Of a stretch of DNA of 63,896 nucleotides, positions 20,123 through 29,393 are shown piece after piece. How positions within the stretch are numbered: position 1 is the stretch's first letter; each line of letters opens with the position of its first letter. The translations under genes and the position numbers were made by a program. The stretch is from positions 1 to 63,896 of the forward strand of contig CAVBBF010000004.1 in NCBI GenBank assembly GCA_963593735.1, in the 5' to 3' direction. Source of the DNA: Phascolarctobacterium succinatutens (GTDB taxonomy: Bacteria > Bacillota > Clostridia > Christensenellales > CAG-917). Below the pieces are notes generated by a model. That model was given only the letters and a program-made list of their open reading frames with translations, did not search any database and had not been told where the DNA came from.

Positions 20123-20335
20123 ATGTCAAGTATGAAACATCAAATCGGTGAAAATTTAAAACTTTTGCGCACAAGCGCAAATTTAACTCAACAGGAAGTT
20201 GCTGCCGCATTGAACATATCTCGGGTAAATTACACGAGATACGAAACGAATGCAGTCAATCCCGATTTTGACACATTGATAGCCCTCGCCGACTTTTTCG
20301 ACGTAACGTTGGATTCACTATTTAATAGGGATTGA
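20123..20335 (+). CDS. XRE-family HTH regulator (70 aa)
   Basis: IGENLKLLRTSANLTQQEVAAALNISRVNYTRYETNAVNPDFDTLIALADFFDVTLDSLF. The start could be 20123 or 20132. Confidence 0.8.
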   Translation: MSSMKHQIGENLKLLRTSANLTQQEVAAALNISRVNYTRYETNAVNPDFDTLIALADFFDVTLDSLFNRD

Positions 20336-20501
20336 AGGGTTTAATTTACACATTCCGTTAATAAGCACGAGATTCCGTCATTGCATCCTCAATCATTAAT
20401 AATGTTTAGTAAAAACAATTATCTACAACAAAGTTTTTGCTAACGTTCTGCCGTAAGGCTAGTACTTTCTTGCTTTTTGCTCTTTATTCTTAAAAAATAG
20501 G

Positions 20502-20529
20502 TTGATTTTATCCTATAATTGATTATAAT
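20502..20529 (+). promoter_or_regulatory. promoter of the phd-doc pair
   Basis: TTGATT (20502-20507), 16 nt, TATAAT (20524-20529). Confidence 0.5.
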
Positions 20530-20548
20530 ATTATTAGAGGTGACATTT

Positions 20549-20791
20549 ATGACGATAAATACAAATCAAATAATAACAATGACCGAAGCAAATCAAAACT
20601 TTTCAAAAGTCGTTAAAATTGCCGATAAAAACGGTAGCGCAATTGTTTTTAAGAACAATAAACCCAAATATATGATAGTCAATATCGAGGAAAATCCGAT
20701 ATTTGAACTGAGCGACGATGAAAAAATCGATGTTGCATCGAAAAGAATACTTGAAAAGTATCTCGACGCATTCAAGGAGTTGGCAAAATGA
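20549..20791 (+). CDS. Phd/YefM-family type II antitoxin
   Basis: MTINTNQIITMTEANQNFSKVVKIADKNGSAIVFKNNKPKYMIV. AGAGGTG upstream. The stop overlaps the doc start (ATGA). Confidence 0.75.
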   Translation: MTINTNQIITMTEANQNFSKVVKIADKNGSAIVFKNNKPKYMIVNIEENPIFELSDDEKIDVASKRILEKYLDAFKELAK

Positions 20792-21168
20792 TAAAATTCG
20801 ATGATGAGAAAGTACTCTTACTGCACCAACTTATAACACAAGCAACAGGCGGAAGCGAAGGCGTGCGTGACATCGGATTATTAGACTCTGCTCTCGAAAG
20901 CATTTATGCAACATTTGACGGAGCAGAATTATATCCAACAAAAGAAGAAAAAGCCGCACGTCTGGGATATAGTTTGATTTCAAATCACGCTTTCGTCGAC
21001 GGAAATAAACGCATAGGAATGTATGTTATGTTGACATTCCTTGAAGCTAACGGTATTCATACCGACGTAAGCAACAATGAAGTCGCACGAGTCGGTCTTG
21101 CCGTTGCCTCAGGCGAAATGAAATACAACGATATTTTGAACTGGATTTACGAGGTCGAAAAATTCTGA
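20788..21168 (+). CDS. doc: Doc (death-on-curing) Fic-fold toxin
   Basis: Fic/Doc motif HAFVDGNKRIG. 126 aa. 4-nt overlap with the antitoxin gene. Confidence 0.85.
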   Translation: MIKFDDEKVLLLHQLITQATGGSEGVRDIGLLDSALESIYATFDGAELYPTKEEKAARLGYSLISNHAFVDGNKRIGMYVMLTFLEANGIHTDVSNNEVARVGLAVASGEMKYNDILNWIYEVEKF

Positions 21169-21243
21169 CGCTTTTTCTTGATGCTCACGAGAGCGATTGT
21201 GTGTCGGATTATAATTTATTTTTGTACATCAAAGGCAGCTAAT

Positions 21244-21373
21244 AAAATAATGCGCCATTGAGATAAAGAACAAGAAAGAGGCACTTGTCCGGCAACCCTA
21301 ATTTACTAATGCGTAAATGAGTTGACAGACAAGTGCCTCTGCCGCAGTTATTTGCTCAATGGCGCATTATTTT
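21244..21373. other. long (about 130 nt) imperfect hairpin just 3' of purA
   Basis: Outer arms AAAATAATGCGCCATTGAG (21244-21262) and CTCAATGGCGCATTATTTT (21355-21373). Inner arms AGAGGCACTTGTC (21277-21289) and GACAAGTGCCTCT (21328-21340). Confidence 0.7.
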
Positions 21374-21386
21374 GCTCAATGACGGA

Positions 21387-22658
21387 TTATTTTACAATGA
21401 TGGAATCCCTCTCTGCGCCGACAGAAATATACTTGATCTTGCAATCAACCGCTTTTTCGATAAACTCGATGTACTTGCGTGCGTTGAGGGGAAGGTCCTC
21501 GTAGCGACGACACGAAGTGGTGGGGCAATTCCAACCGTCGAGATAAATGACGTTGGGAGTTGCGACGTTGAGGGCTTCACCGGAGGGGAACTCGTCGACG
21601 GTCTTGCCGTTTACGTCGTAACTGACGCAGACGGGGATTTTTTCCATTGTGTCGAGAATGTCGAGTTTGGTGAGTGCGATTTCGGTTGCGGCTTGAACCA
21701 TACATCCGTACTTGGAGGCCACAACGTCGAATCCGCCGACTCTGCGAGGACGACCGGTTGCCGCGCCGTATTCGCCGCCCGCTTTACGCAATTCTTCCGC
21801 CTCTTCGCCGAACATTTCCGCAGTGAACGGACCTTCGCCGACGCAAGTGGAATACGCTTTCATAACGCCGATTGCCTTTTCGACTTTGTGATTGGGGATG
21901 CCTGCGCCGACAGGACCGTATGCGGTGATTGTGGACGAACTTGTCGTGTAGGGATAGATGCCGAAGTCGATGTCGCGCAATGCGCCGAGTTGCGCTTCGA
22001 GCATAACGTTTTTGCCGTTTTTGAGGGCCTTGTCGAGATAATATCCCGTGTCGCAGATGTAATCTTTGAGAGGAGTGCCGTACTTATCGAACCAGTCGAG
22101 CAATTCTTCGACGGTGTACCCCTTTGCGTGATACGAACCCTCGATCGTGAGGTTTTTCCACTCAACGATGGTTTCGAGGCGAGAGCGCAAATATTCGGGG
22201 TGTAGAATGTCGCCCATACGGATGGCTTTTTTCATATACTTATCAGCATAAATCGGCGAGATACCTCTGCGAGTAGAACCGAATTTCTTGTCGCCGAGTC
22301 TGTCCTCTTCGAGGCAATCTTGTTGCACGTTGTAGGGACAGCAAACCACCGCTTTGTCGCTGATTTTGAGATTGTCGGGAGTGATGACGATTCCGCCCTC
22401 TCTGAGTTTTGCGATTTCCTTGCAAAGGTGCTCGATGTCAACCACCATACCGTTGCCCATAACGTTCACTTTGTCCTCGCGAAGTATAGCCGACGGCAAA
22501 AGGTTGAGCACAAACTTGCCCTTGTCGTTGATGACGGTGTGACCTGCGTTGTTTCCGCCTTGATAGCGAACGACGATGTCTTGCTGCTCGGAAAGCAAAT
22601 CGACCATTCTGCCCTTGCCTTCGTCGCCCCAGTTGATACCAACAATTGATGTAAGCAT
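21387..22658 (-). CDS. purA: adenylosuccinate synthetase
   Basis: N-terminus IVGINWGDEGKGRMVDLL, then YQGGNNAGHTV. 423 aa. Confidence 0.95.
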   Translation of the reverse strand: MLTSIVGINWGDEGKGRMVDLLSEQQDIVVRYQGGNNAGHTVINDKGKFVLNLLPSAILREDKVNVMGNGMVVDIEHLCKEIAKLREGGIVITPDNLKISDKAVVCCPYNVQQDCLEEDRLGDKKFGSTRRGISPIYADKYMKKAIRMGDILHPEYLRSRLETIVEWKNLTIEGSYHAKGYTVEELLDWFDKYGTPLKDYICDTGYYLDKALKNGKNVMLEAQLGALRDIDFGIYPYTTSSSTITAYGPVGAGIPNHKVEKAIGVMKAYSTCVGEGPFTAEMFGEEAEELRKAGGEYGAATGRPRRVGGFDVVASKYGCMVQAATEIALTKLDILDTMEKIPVCVSYDVNGKTVDEFPSGEALNVATPNVIYLDGWNCPTTSCRRYEDLPLNARKYIEFIEKAVDCKIKYISVGAERDSIIVK

Positions 22659-22697
22659 ATGTATACCTCAAAAAATTTTATTTCGTTTTGTCTTCCG

Positions 22698-24128
22698 TCA
22701 GACGTTGATTGCAATCGAACTGCCTATACGGTTTTTATTTTTTTCAAGAAGCGGGTCTATCTCTTCAAAAACGTATTCCTCGACCTGTTTTTCCGCTCTG
22801 CCCGTAAACGCTTTGACATCGAGAACGGAATCGAGTTCCTCTCTTGAAAGGTTGAAAGTTTTGTCGGCGAGTATACGTTCCAAAAGGTCGTTTTCTTTGC
22901 CGTCGCACTTGATTGCTTGCGCCGCCGCAACCGAATGTTGCCTTATCGCCTCGTGCAAAATCTGTCTGTCGCCACCCTTTTTCGACACGCAATACATAAG
23001 GATATTTTCGGTTGCCATAAACGGCAATTCGTCGTTCAAATGTTTTGCGATAATGCGCGGATAGAGAGTTAAACCGCTTATTATGTTGTTGTAAAGTGCC
23101 AGTATTGCGTCAACAGCCAAAAACGCTTCAGGGATTGCGATACGTCTGTTCGCGCTGTCGTCGAGGGTTCTTTCAAACCATTGCGCCGAAGCGGTGATTG
23201 CGGGATTCATACTGTCGCAGATGACGTATCTTGCAAGCGAAGCCATACGCTCGCTTCTCATAGGGTTGCGCTTGTACGCCATTGCCGACGAGCCGATTTG
23301 CTTTGATTCGAAGGGTTCTTCAACCTCTTTGAGATGCGACAAAAGACGAATATCGTTTGAAAATTTCGTCGCGCTCTGCGCAATCGAACAAAGCACGGAA
23401 AGCACGTTGTAATCCACCTTTCTCGAATAGGTCTGACCGCTCACGGCGTACGTTCCCTCAAAGCCCGTCTTTTGCGCAATCGCTTTGTCGAGAGCCTTCA
23501 CCTTTTCGTCGTCGCCCTCGAAAAGTTCGAGAAAACTTGCCGCCGTACCCGTCGTGCCTTTGCAACCGAGCAAGCGCAAACGAGAAAGTTGAAAATCGAG
23601 ATTGTCGAGGTCGTTCACAAGGTCTTGAATATAAAGCGTCGCGCGCTTTCCGACAGTCGTGGGTTGCGCCGCTTGAAAATGCGTGTAGGCAAGCGTTGCG
23701 AGCCCTTTGTTTTTCATTGCGAAATCGCGAAGGGATTTTATGCAAGCAAGCAATCCCTCGCGCAAAACGAGCAATCCCTCGCGCATTTGAATTATGTCAG
23801 TGTTGTCGCCGACGTAGCAACTCGTCGCGCCGAGGTGAATGATGGGTTTTGCTTTTGGGCAAGCCTCGCCGAAAGTGAGGACGTGCGCCATAACGTCGTG
23901 TCGCACCTCGCTTTCCTTTTTCGCCGCCATATCGTAGTCGATGTCGGTTTGGTGCGCCTTCATTTCCTCGATTTGCTCGTCTGTGATGTCGATGCCCAAC
24001 TCTTTTTCTGCTTCGGCAAGCGCAATCCACAACTTACGCCAAGTGCCGAACTTGAAGTCCGGCGAAAAAACGTACTGCATCCTTTTGCTCGCATACCTTT
24101 GGCATAGCGGAGATATATAAGAGTCCAT
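22698..24128 (-). CDS. purB: adenylosuccinate lyase
   Basis: Start MDSYISPLCQRYASKRM at 24128. Fumarate-lyase signature GSSAMAYKRNP. 476 aa. 39 nt upstream of purA on the same strand. Confidence 0.92.
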   Translation of the reverse strand: MDSYISPLCQRYASKRMQYVFSPDFKFGTWRKLWIALAEAEKELGIDITDEQIEEMKAHQTDIDYDMAAKKESEVRHDVMAHVLTFGEACPKAKPIIHLGATSCYVGDNTDIIQMREGLLVLREGLLACIKSLRDFAMKNKGLATLAYTHFQAAQPTTVGKRATLYIQDLVNDLDNLDFQLSRLRLLGCKGTTGTAASFLELFEGDDEKVKALDKAIAQKTGFEGTYAVSGQTYSRKVDYNVLSVLCSIAQSATKFSNDIRLLSHLKEVEEPFESKQIGSSAMAYKRNPMRSERMASLARYVICDSMNPAITASAQWFERTLDDSANRRIAIPEAFLAVDAILALYNNIISGLTLYPRIIAKHLNDELPFMATENILMYCVSKKGGDRQILHEAIRQHSVAAAQAIKCDGKENDLLERILADKTFNLSREELDSVLDVKAFTGRAEKQVEEYVFEEIDPLLEKNKNRIGSSIAINV

Positions 24129-24140
24129 ACAAACCTCGAA

Positions 24141-24198
24141 CAAACAAAAAGTGTTCAAACCTTTTTTAACCAAGTGGTTAAAAAAAAATTGTGAACAC
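24141..24198 (-). promoter_or_regulatory. A/U-rich hairpin plus U-run in the purB leader
   Basis: Minus strand: GTGTTCAC...TTTTTTAACC actt GGTTAAAAAA...TGAACAC followed by TTTTTGTTTG. It lies between the predicted TSS and the RBS. Confidence 0.4.
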
Positions 24199-24228
24199 TA
24201 TCCGTCTGCATATTTATTTTCTACAAAT

Positions 24229-24257
24229 ATATTAACATCGTATATCCGTAATGTCAA
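24229..24257 (-). promoter_or_regulatory. purB promoter
   Basis: Minus strand: TTGACA (24257-24252), 17 nt, TAATAT (24234-24229). Confidence 0.6.
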
Positions 24258-24327
24258 CATAATTCGCGCCTAAAATCGCAAGTGCGCAGCGACGATTCAC
24301 CCACAAAAATCATAAATGCCGCATTGT

Positions 24328-24445
24328 GATTGGCATGTAAAAGCAAAAAGCATCGCACTATGGTTAGCGTGTAAATGTCATAGATTGCGCGCGCCGATTA
24401 GTATGTAGACGTCATATCTGTTTTACATTGGTTAGCGTGCGAAAC
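24328..24445 (+). repeat. four phased direct repeats in the purB/glnN divergent region
   Basis: gaTTGGCATGTAAAag (24328), tgGTTAGCGTGTAAAtg (24361), gaTTAGTATGTAGAcg (24396), tgGTTAGCGTGCGAAac (24429). Core starts are spaced 33, 35 and 34 bp. Confidence 0.65.
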
Positions 24446-24665
24446 CAAAAGTTTCGTTCAACGATTTGCACGCGAAAAAACGCAACTTTTATGCGAAAAA
24501 TCGCAATTTTCAAAAAGCATAATTTTTGCGTTTCGTTTATAATCGTATGTTATCAATTTATAAATATCCAAATATGTTGCATAAATACCGCAATTTTGGC
24601 GTATATTTATCCATTTTATTTATACTCGATTTTTTTGTGCGAAATCTTTTGACTTTTGGAATATT

Positions 24666-26786
24666 ATGTCTATAATCGAATCTATAAAAAACAAGAGGTA
24701 CTTAGATATGTTGATGTCGGATTTGTACGGAAGTATGGTCTTCGACGACAGGGTGATGAGCAAGAGATTGCCAAAAGACACCTATCGCGAACTCAAAAGA
24801 TGCTGCGCCCTCGATTTGCCTCTTTCAAGAGAAACGGCAAACATCGTCGCAAACGAAATGAAAGACTGGGCGGTCGAAAAAGGCGTGACCCACTTCACTC
24901 ACTGGTTTCAACCTCTCACGGGAATCACTGCGGAAAAGCACGATTCCTTCATCGCCCCCACCAAAAACGGCGGCGTTATTATGGAACTTAGCGGCAAAGA
25001 GTTGATAAAAGGCGAACCCGACGCAAGCTCATTCCCCAGCGGCGGATTGCGCTCGACGTTCGAGGCAAGAGGATACACCGCTTGGGACCCCACTTCCTAC
25101 GCATTCATAAAGGACGGCATACTCTGTATTCCGACGGCGTTCTGCTCGTACAACGGCGACGCTCTCGACAAAAAAACGCCTCTTTTGCGCTCTATGGAAG
25201 CAATCAACAGACAAGGCACGAGACTCCTTTCCATTCTCGGCAAAAAGACCGAACGCATAAACGTTTCGGTAGGTCCCGAACAAGAATACTTCCTCATCGA
25301 CACCGCAATGTACGAAAAGAGAAAGGATTTGTTCTACACGGGTCGCACCCTGTTCGGCGCGCGTCCGCCCAAAGGACAAGAACTTTCCGACCACTATTTC
25401 GGCGCAATCAAACCTCGAGTGGTCAAGTATATGAAAGAACTTGACGAGGAACTTTGGAAACTCGGCATTCTCGCAAAGACAAAACACAACGAAGTCGCTC
25501 CCGCGCAACACGAATTTGCGCCCATATACACGACGGTCAACGTCGCAACCGATCAAAACCAACTTACGATGGAAATTATGAAAAAGGTTGCGGCAAAGCA
25601 CAATATGACTTGTCTTCTTCACGAAAAACCCTTTGACGGCGTAAACGGAAGCGGCAAGCACAACAACTGGTCGATCTCGACGGATTCGGGCAATCTTCTC
25701 GACCCCGGCAAGAGTCCGCAAGACAATGCGCAATTCCTCCTCATTCTCGCGGCGGTTATCGCGGCGGTTGACAGTCATCAAGACCTGCTTCGTATCGCAG
25801 TCGCTTCCGCTTCCAACGACCATCGTCTCGGCGCAAACGAAGCGCCGCCCGCAATCGTGAGCATGTTCCTCGGCGAAGAACTCACGGGCATCATGCAAGC
25901 AATCGCAGACGGCCGCACCTATTCGAGGCGCGCAAAGTGCGAAGTGGAAATCGGCGTGCACGTTTTGCCCAAATTCTCTATGGACTCGTCCGATCGCAAC
26001 CGTACTTCACCGTTTGCGTTCACGGGAAATAAATTCGAATTCCGTATGCCCGGCTCGTCGCAATCCATTGCGAGCGTAAACGTCATCCTCAACACCATAA
26101 TGGCGGAACAATTCGAGTTGTTTGCGGACGAACTTGAAAAAACAACCGACATCAATCAAGGCATCACCGACATCATCAAACGAGTGATGACCGAGCACGG
26201 CAAAATCATTTTCAACGGCAACAACTATTCGGAAGAATGGACGAAAGAAGCACAGCGCAGAGGTTTGCTCAATCTTCCCTCGACGATAGACGCGCTCCCC
26301 TATATCACGAGCCAAAAGAACGTCGATATGTTCAAGCGCATGCACGTTTTCAGCGAAGCGGAACTCAAATCGAGAGAGGACATATATATCCAAAACTACT
26401 GCAAACTGCTCAACATCGAAGCGATGACTATGCTGGATATGGCGACTATGGACATCATTCCGTCCGTCATCAAATATAAAGGCGACGTTGCAAAATCCGC
26501 AAACGAAAGCCTTGCGCTCGGCGTAGAAGCGGACGAAGAAAAGGACATTTGCAACGACCTCGCAACGCACCTCAAAGAAGCAACCGCTTGCGTAAAGGCA
26601 CTAAAAGACGCGCTCCAAAAAGCGCACTCGCTCGGCGAGAATGTAGACGGCGGTCGTTGCTATCACGACGAAGTGCTTGTCGCTATGGCAAATCTTCGCA
26701 AGGTCGTAGACGAAATGGAATTGCTCACCGCAAAAGAATACTGGCCCGTTCCTTCCTACGGCGACCTGCTTTTCTCAGTGCATTAA
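24666..26786 (+). CDS. glnN: glutamine synthetase, type III
   Basis: About 700-aa GS with the long type III N-terminal region (FGSMVFDDRVMSKRLPKDTYRELK...THFTHWFQPLTG) and the catalytic core (NGSGKHNNWS). The start may be 24666 or the in-frame ATG near 24708. Confidence 0.85.
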   Translation: MSIIESIKNKRYLDMLMSDLYGSMVFDDRVMSKRLPKDTYRELKRCCALDLPLSRETANIVANEMKDWAVEKGVTHFTHWFQPLTGITAEKHDSFIAPTKNGGVIMELSGKELIKGEPDASSFPSGGLRSTFEARGYTAWDPTSYAFIKDGILCIPTAFCSYNGDALDKKTPLLRSMEAINRQGTRLLSILGKKTERINVSVGPEQEYFLIDTAMYEKRKDLFYTGRTLFGARPPKGQELSDHYFGAIKPRVVKYMKELDEELWKLGILAKTKHNEVAPAQHEFAPIYTTVNVATDQNQLTMEIMKKVAAKHNMTCLLHEKPFDGVNGSGKHNNWSISTDSGNLLDPGKSPQDNAQFLLILAAVIAAVDSHQDLLRIAVASASNDHRLGANEAPPAIVSMFLGEELTGIMQAIADGRTYSRRAKCEVEIGVHVLPKFSMDSSDRNRTSPFAFTGNKFEFRMPGSSQSIASVNVILNTIMAEQFELFADELEKTTDINQGITDIIKRVMTEHGKIIFNGNNYSEEWTKEAQRRGLLNLPSTIDALPYITSQKNVDMFKRMHVFSEAELKSREDIYIQNYCKLLNIEAMTMLDMATMDIIPSVIKYKGDVAKSANESLALGVEADEEKDICNDLATHLKEATACVKALKDALQKAHSLGENVDGGRCYHDEVLVAMANLRKVVDEMELLTAKEYWPVPSYGDLLFSVH

Positions 26787-26825
26787 TCGCACGCAAAATC
26801 AACACAATCGGCGTTTTATATATGC

Positions 26826-26856
26826 AAAAGCGGCGGATAAACCGTCGCTTTTGTTA
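26826..26856. terminator. bidirectional terminator between glnN and the transketolase genes
   Basis: AAAAGCGGCGG ataaa CCGTCGCTTTT (one mismatch), followed by GTTATG. Confidence 0.7.
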
Positions 26857-26899
26857 TGTTTAGATGTTTTTTACATTGTATCTTTCAATGTAATCGTGC

Positions 26900-27838
26900 T
26901 TATTTGTTTTTGACGACTTCTCTTGCCGCTTCCACAATGTCTTGCGTTGTGATGTGGTATTGCTCGCTCAAATATGCGTTCTTGCCAACTTGTCCGAACT
27001 CGTCTTTCACACCCACCAAACGCATAGGCACGGGCGAGTTTTGACACACTACTTCGGCAACCGCGCTGCCCAAACCGTTGCAAACGTTGTGGTTTTCGCA
27101 AGTGACGATTGCGCCCGTTTCATTTGCGCATTCGATTATCGCGTCCTTGTCGATAGGCTTCCAAGTGTGGATATTCACCACTCTTGCGCTTATGCCTTCC
27201 TCTTTCAAAAGTTCCGCCGCCTCGATTGCTCTTGCAACCATAATGCCGCTTGCAATCAACGTCACGTCCTTGCCGTCTTTGATTTTTATCGCCTTGCCAA
27301 GTTCGAAATTCAACGAATCGTCAAACACTTTTTCGGCTTTTTTGCGCTGCAAACGGATATAAACCGCGCCTTGATAATCGACGATTTGATCCACCGCTTT
27401 TTCGAGCATAGTCGCGTCGACGGGTTCGAAGCAAACCATATGCGGAATTGCTCTCATAAGAGCCATATCCTCAAACGGCATATGCGTGCCGCCGTTGTAC
27501 TCTGCAAGCACGCCGGGGTCCGTTCCGACTATTTTTACGTTTTGGCGAGCGTACGCAACGGATATAAAAATCTGGTCGTAACATCTGCGAGTGGCAAACG
27601 GTCCGAAACTGTACGCAAACGGAATCTTGCCCATCGTGGACATACCTGCCGCAATGCCAATCATATTTTGCTCGGCAATGCCGACGTTTACAAATCTTTC
27701 GGGAAACTCTTGCTTGAAAACCTTCGTTGCGTGGCAACTCATAAGGTCGGCTTCGATGACGACGATTCTGTCGTCGGTTTTTGCTCTTTCGACAAGCGCG
27801 CCGGCAAGCGTCTGGCGCATTTCTCTTTCATCCGTCAT
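26900..27838 (-). CDS. transketolase, C-terminal (pyrimidine-binding) subunit
   Basis: FPERFVNVGIAEQNMIGIAAGM. 312 aa. It starts 3 nt after the N-terminal subunit gene. Confidence 0.9.
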   Translation of the reverse strand: MTDEREMRQTLAGALVERAKTDDRIVVIEADLMSCHATKVFKQEFPERFVNVGIAEQNMIGIAAGMSTMGKIPFAYSFGPFATRRCYDQIFISVAYARQNVKIVGTDPGVLAEYNGGTHMPFEDMALMRAIPHMVCFEPVDATMLEKAVDQIVDYQGAVYIRLQRKKAEKVFDDSLNFELGKAIKIKDGKDVTLIASGIMVARAIEAAELLKEEGISARVVNIHTWKPIDKDAIIECANETGAIVTCENHNVCNGLGSAVAEVVCQNSPVPMRLVGVKDEFGQVGKNAYLSEQYHITTQDIVEAAREVVKNK

Positions 27839-27841
27839 ATC

Positions 27842-28657
27842 TCAATACCTCTTCGTTTCCTTTCTCCACATCTCTTCGGAAATGCTCATACTGTGGCAGT
27901 TTGCCGCCGCTTCCGCAAAGGACGCGCCTTTGCCTTTTACGGTGTTAAGCACGATCATATTTGCTCTTTCGTGTTGAGATTTCGCATTGTCGATAGCGTT
28001 TGAGATTTCATCCAAATCGTGACCGTCTATGCTTTGAACGTAGAAGCCGAAGGACTTCCACTTGTCCTCGACGGGGGCAAGATCGTTGATTTCGGCAACC
28101 GGACCGTCAAGTTGCATTTTGTTGTAGTCCAAAAGCACGATGAGATTGTCGAGTTTGTGCGAGCCTGCAAACATACTCGCTTCCCAAATTTGACCCTCCT
28201 GACTTTCGCCGTCGCCTATAAAGCAGTATATCGTAGCGGGATTTTTGTCCATCTTTGCCGCAAGCGCCATACCCACCGCGCAAGAAAGTCCTTGTCCGAG
28301 CGAGCCTGCCGTCATATCTATGCCGGGGGTCTTGTTCATATCGCAGTGAGAAGGAAGACTCGTGCCGTTTTTGTTGAGGGTTTGAAGCCACTCTTTGGGG
28401 AAATATCCCAAATCCGCCAGCACCGCGTACATTGCGGGGCCTGCGTGACCTTTTGACATAATCACCCTGTCGCGATCCGCTTTCTTGGGATTTTTGGGGT
28501 CAACATTTGCTTTTGCATAATAAATGACCGTCAACGCATCCATAACCGACATCGCGCCGCCGATGTGTCCCGAACCGAATCTGCCGATGGTTTCGATGAC
28601 GTCGTCGCGAAGTTGTCTTGCCTTGGCGGTCAAAAACTGTTTTTGAGTAGTGTCCAT
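27842..28657 (-). CDS. transketolase, N-terminal (TPP-binding) subunit
   Basis: Start MDTTQKQF at 28657 after GGAGG. Motifs SGHIGGAMS and GDGESQEGQIWEA. Confidence 0.9.
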   Translation of the reverse strand: MDTTQKQFLTAKARQLRDDVIETIGRFGSGHIGGAMSVMDALTVIYYAKANVDPKNPKKADRDRVIMSKGHAGPAMYAVLADLGYFPKEWLQTLNKNGTSLPSHCDMNKTPGIDMTAGSLGQGLSCAVGMALAAKMDKNPATIYCFIGDGESQEGQIWEASMFAGSHKLDNLIVLLDYNKMQLDGPVAEINDLAPVEDKWKSFGFYVQSIDGHDLDEISNAIDNAKSQHERANMIVLNTVKGKGASFAEAAANCHSMSISEEMWRKETKRY

Positions 28658-28726
28658 ACCACGCCTCCTGCTTGATACAATCAGTATATCATTTCGGCGC
28701 GCGTATTTCAAGCGTTACAAAGTTTT

Positions 28727-29173
28727 TTACAATCCGATTCCCAATAAAACGGAAGCCTTTCGTTTCAATTCTGCCTTATCCTCTTTGCCGAGGGTCTGTC
28801 CGTAGATTTCGCCGCGCTGTTTTGCAAAAACAAGCATCTTGAACTCGCTCATATTTGCGATTTCGGAAAAGGTTATTCCGCCGCCCGTACGCTTTGAAAA
28901 ATCGAAAAGCAATATGGCGCATTTTGCCTTCTGCTCGTCGATGTCGAATCTATTTGCAATCGCCTTTATGTTTTGCTCGCTCTTTGAGGACAGCACCTTC
29001 TCTTTTGCGATTTCTTCCTCATAAAACTTTACGACTTCGGGGGTCAGCAAGTCGCAAATCCCTGCTTCCGCAACCTCTTTCGGCACGGCAAAGCAACCGC
29101 AAATCGCAAACAGCGCAATGATAAGGCATATCCCGCCCGCCGCCAAAATAGTAGGCTTGTAAGAAATTTTCAT
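28727..29173 (-). CDS. small hypothetical lipoprotein or membrane-anchored protein
   Basis: MKISYKPTILAAGGICLIIALFAICGC has a hydrophobic N-terminus with a Cys. 148 aa. Confidence 0.5.
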   Translation of the reverse strand: MKISYKPTILAAGGICLIIALFAICGCFAVPKEVAEAGICDLLTPEVVKFYEEEIAKEKVLSSKSEQNIKAIANRFDIDEQKAKCAILLFDFSKRTGGGITFSEIANMSEFKMLVFAKQRGEIYGQTLGKEDKAELKRKASVLLGIGL

Positions 29174-29263
29174 ATTTCACCTCACCTCTATTTTGCGAGA
29201 AAATACTACTTTTATTCACGTTACTACTTACGGGATGGGCTTTGCTCACACCCGAAACGGCCG

Positions 29264-29355
29264 CCTATTCGAAGCCTACTCGTAAACGGAATTTGTAATT
29301 TCAAAGACAGAACACGAGCCGCAAGGCAATGGCCGTAGCGAGTGCCGAACTTGTA
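29264..29355 (+). repeat. repeat family R3, shortened copy c
   Basis: CCTATTCGAAGCC..., then AGACAGAACACGAGCCGCAAGGC joined almost directly to TAGCGAGTGCCGAACTTGT. The 5' and 3' blocks of R3 are present without the core. Confidence 0.55.
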
Positions 29356-29393
29356 TATGCCAAGCATCCGACAAAGCGCCGTATATAAAACAA

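Noticed and set aside
24129-24222. Purine riboswitch upstream of purB.
   Set aside because: The predicted leader is only about 95 nt, is dominated by one A/U hairpin, and lacks the conserved three-way-junction sequences of guanine/adenine aptamers.
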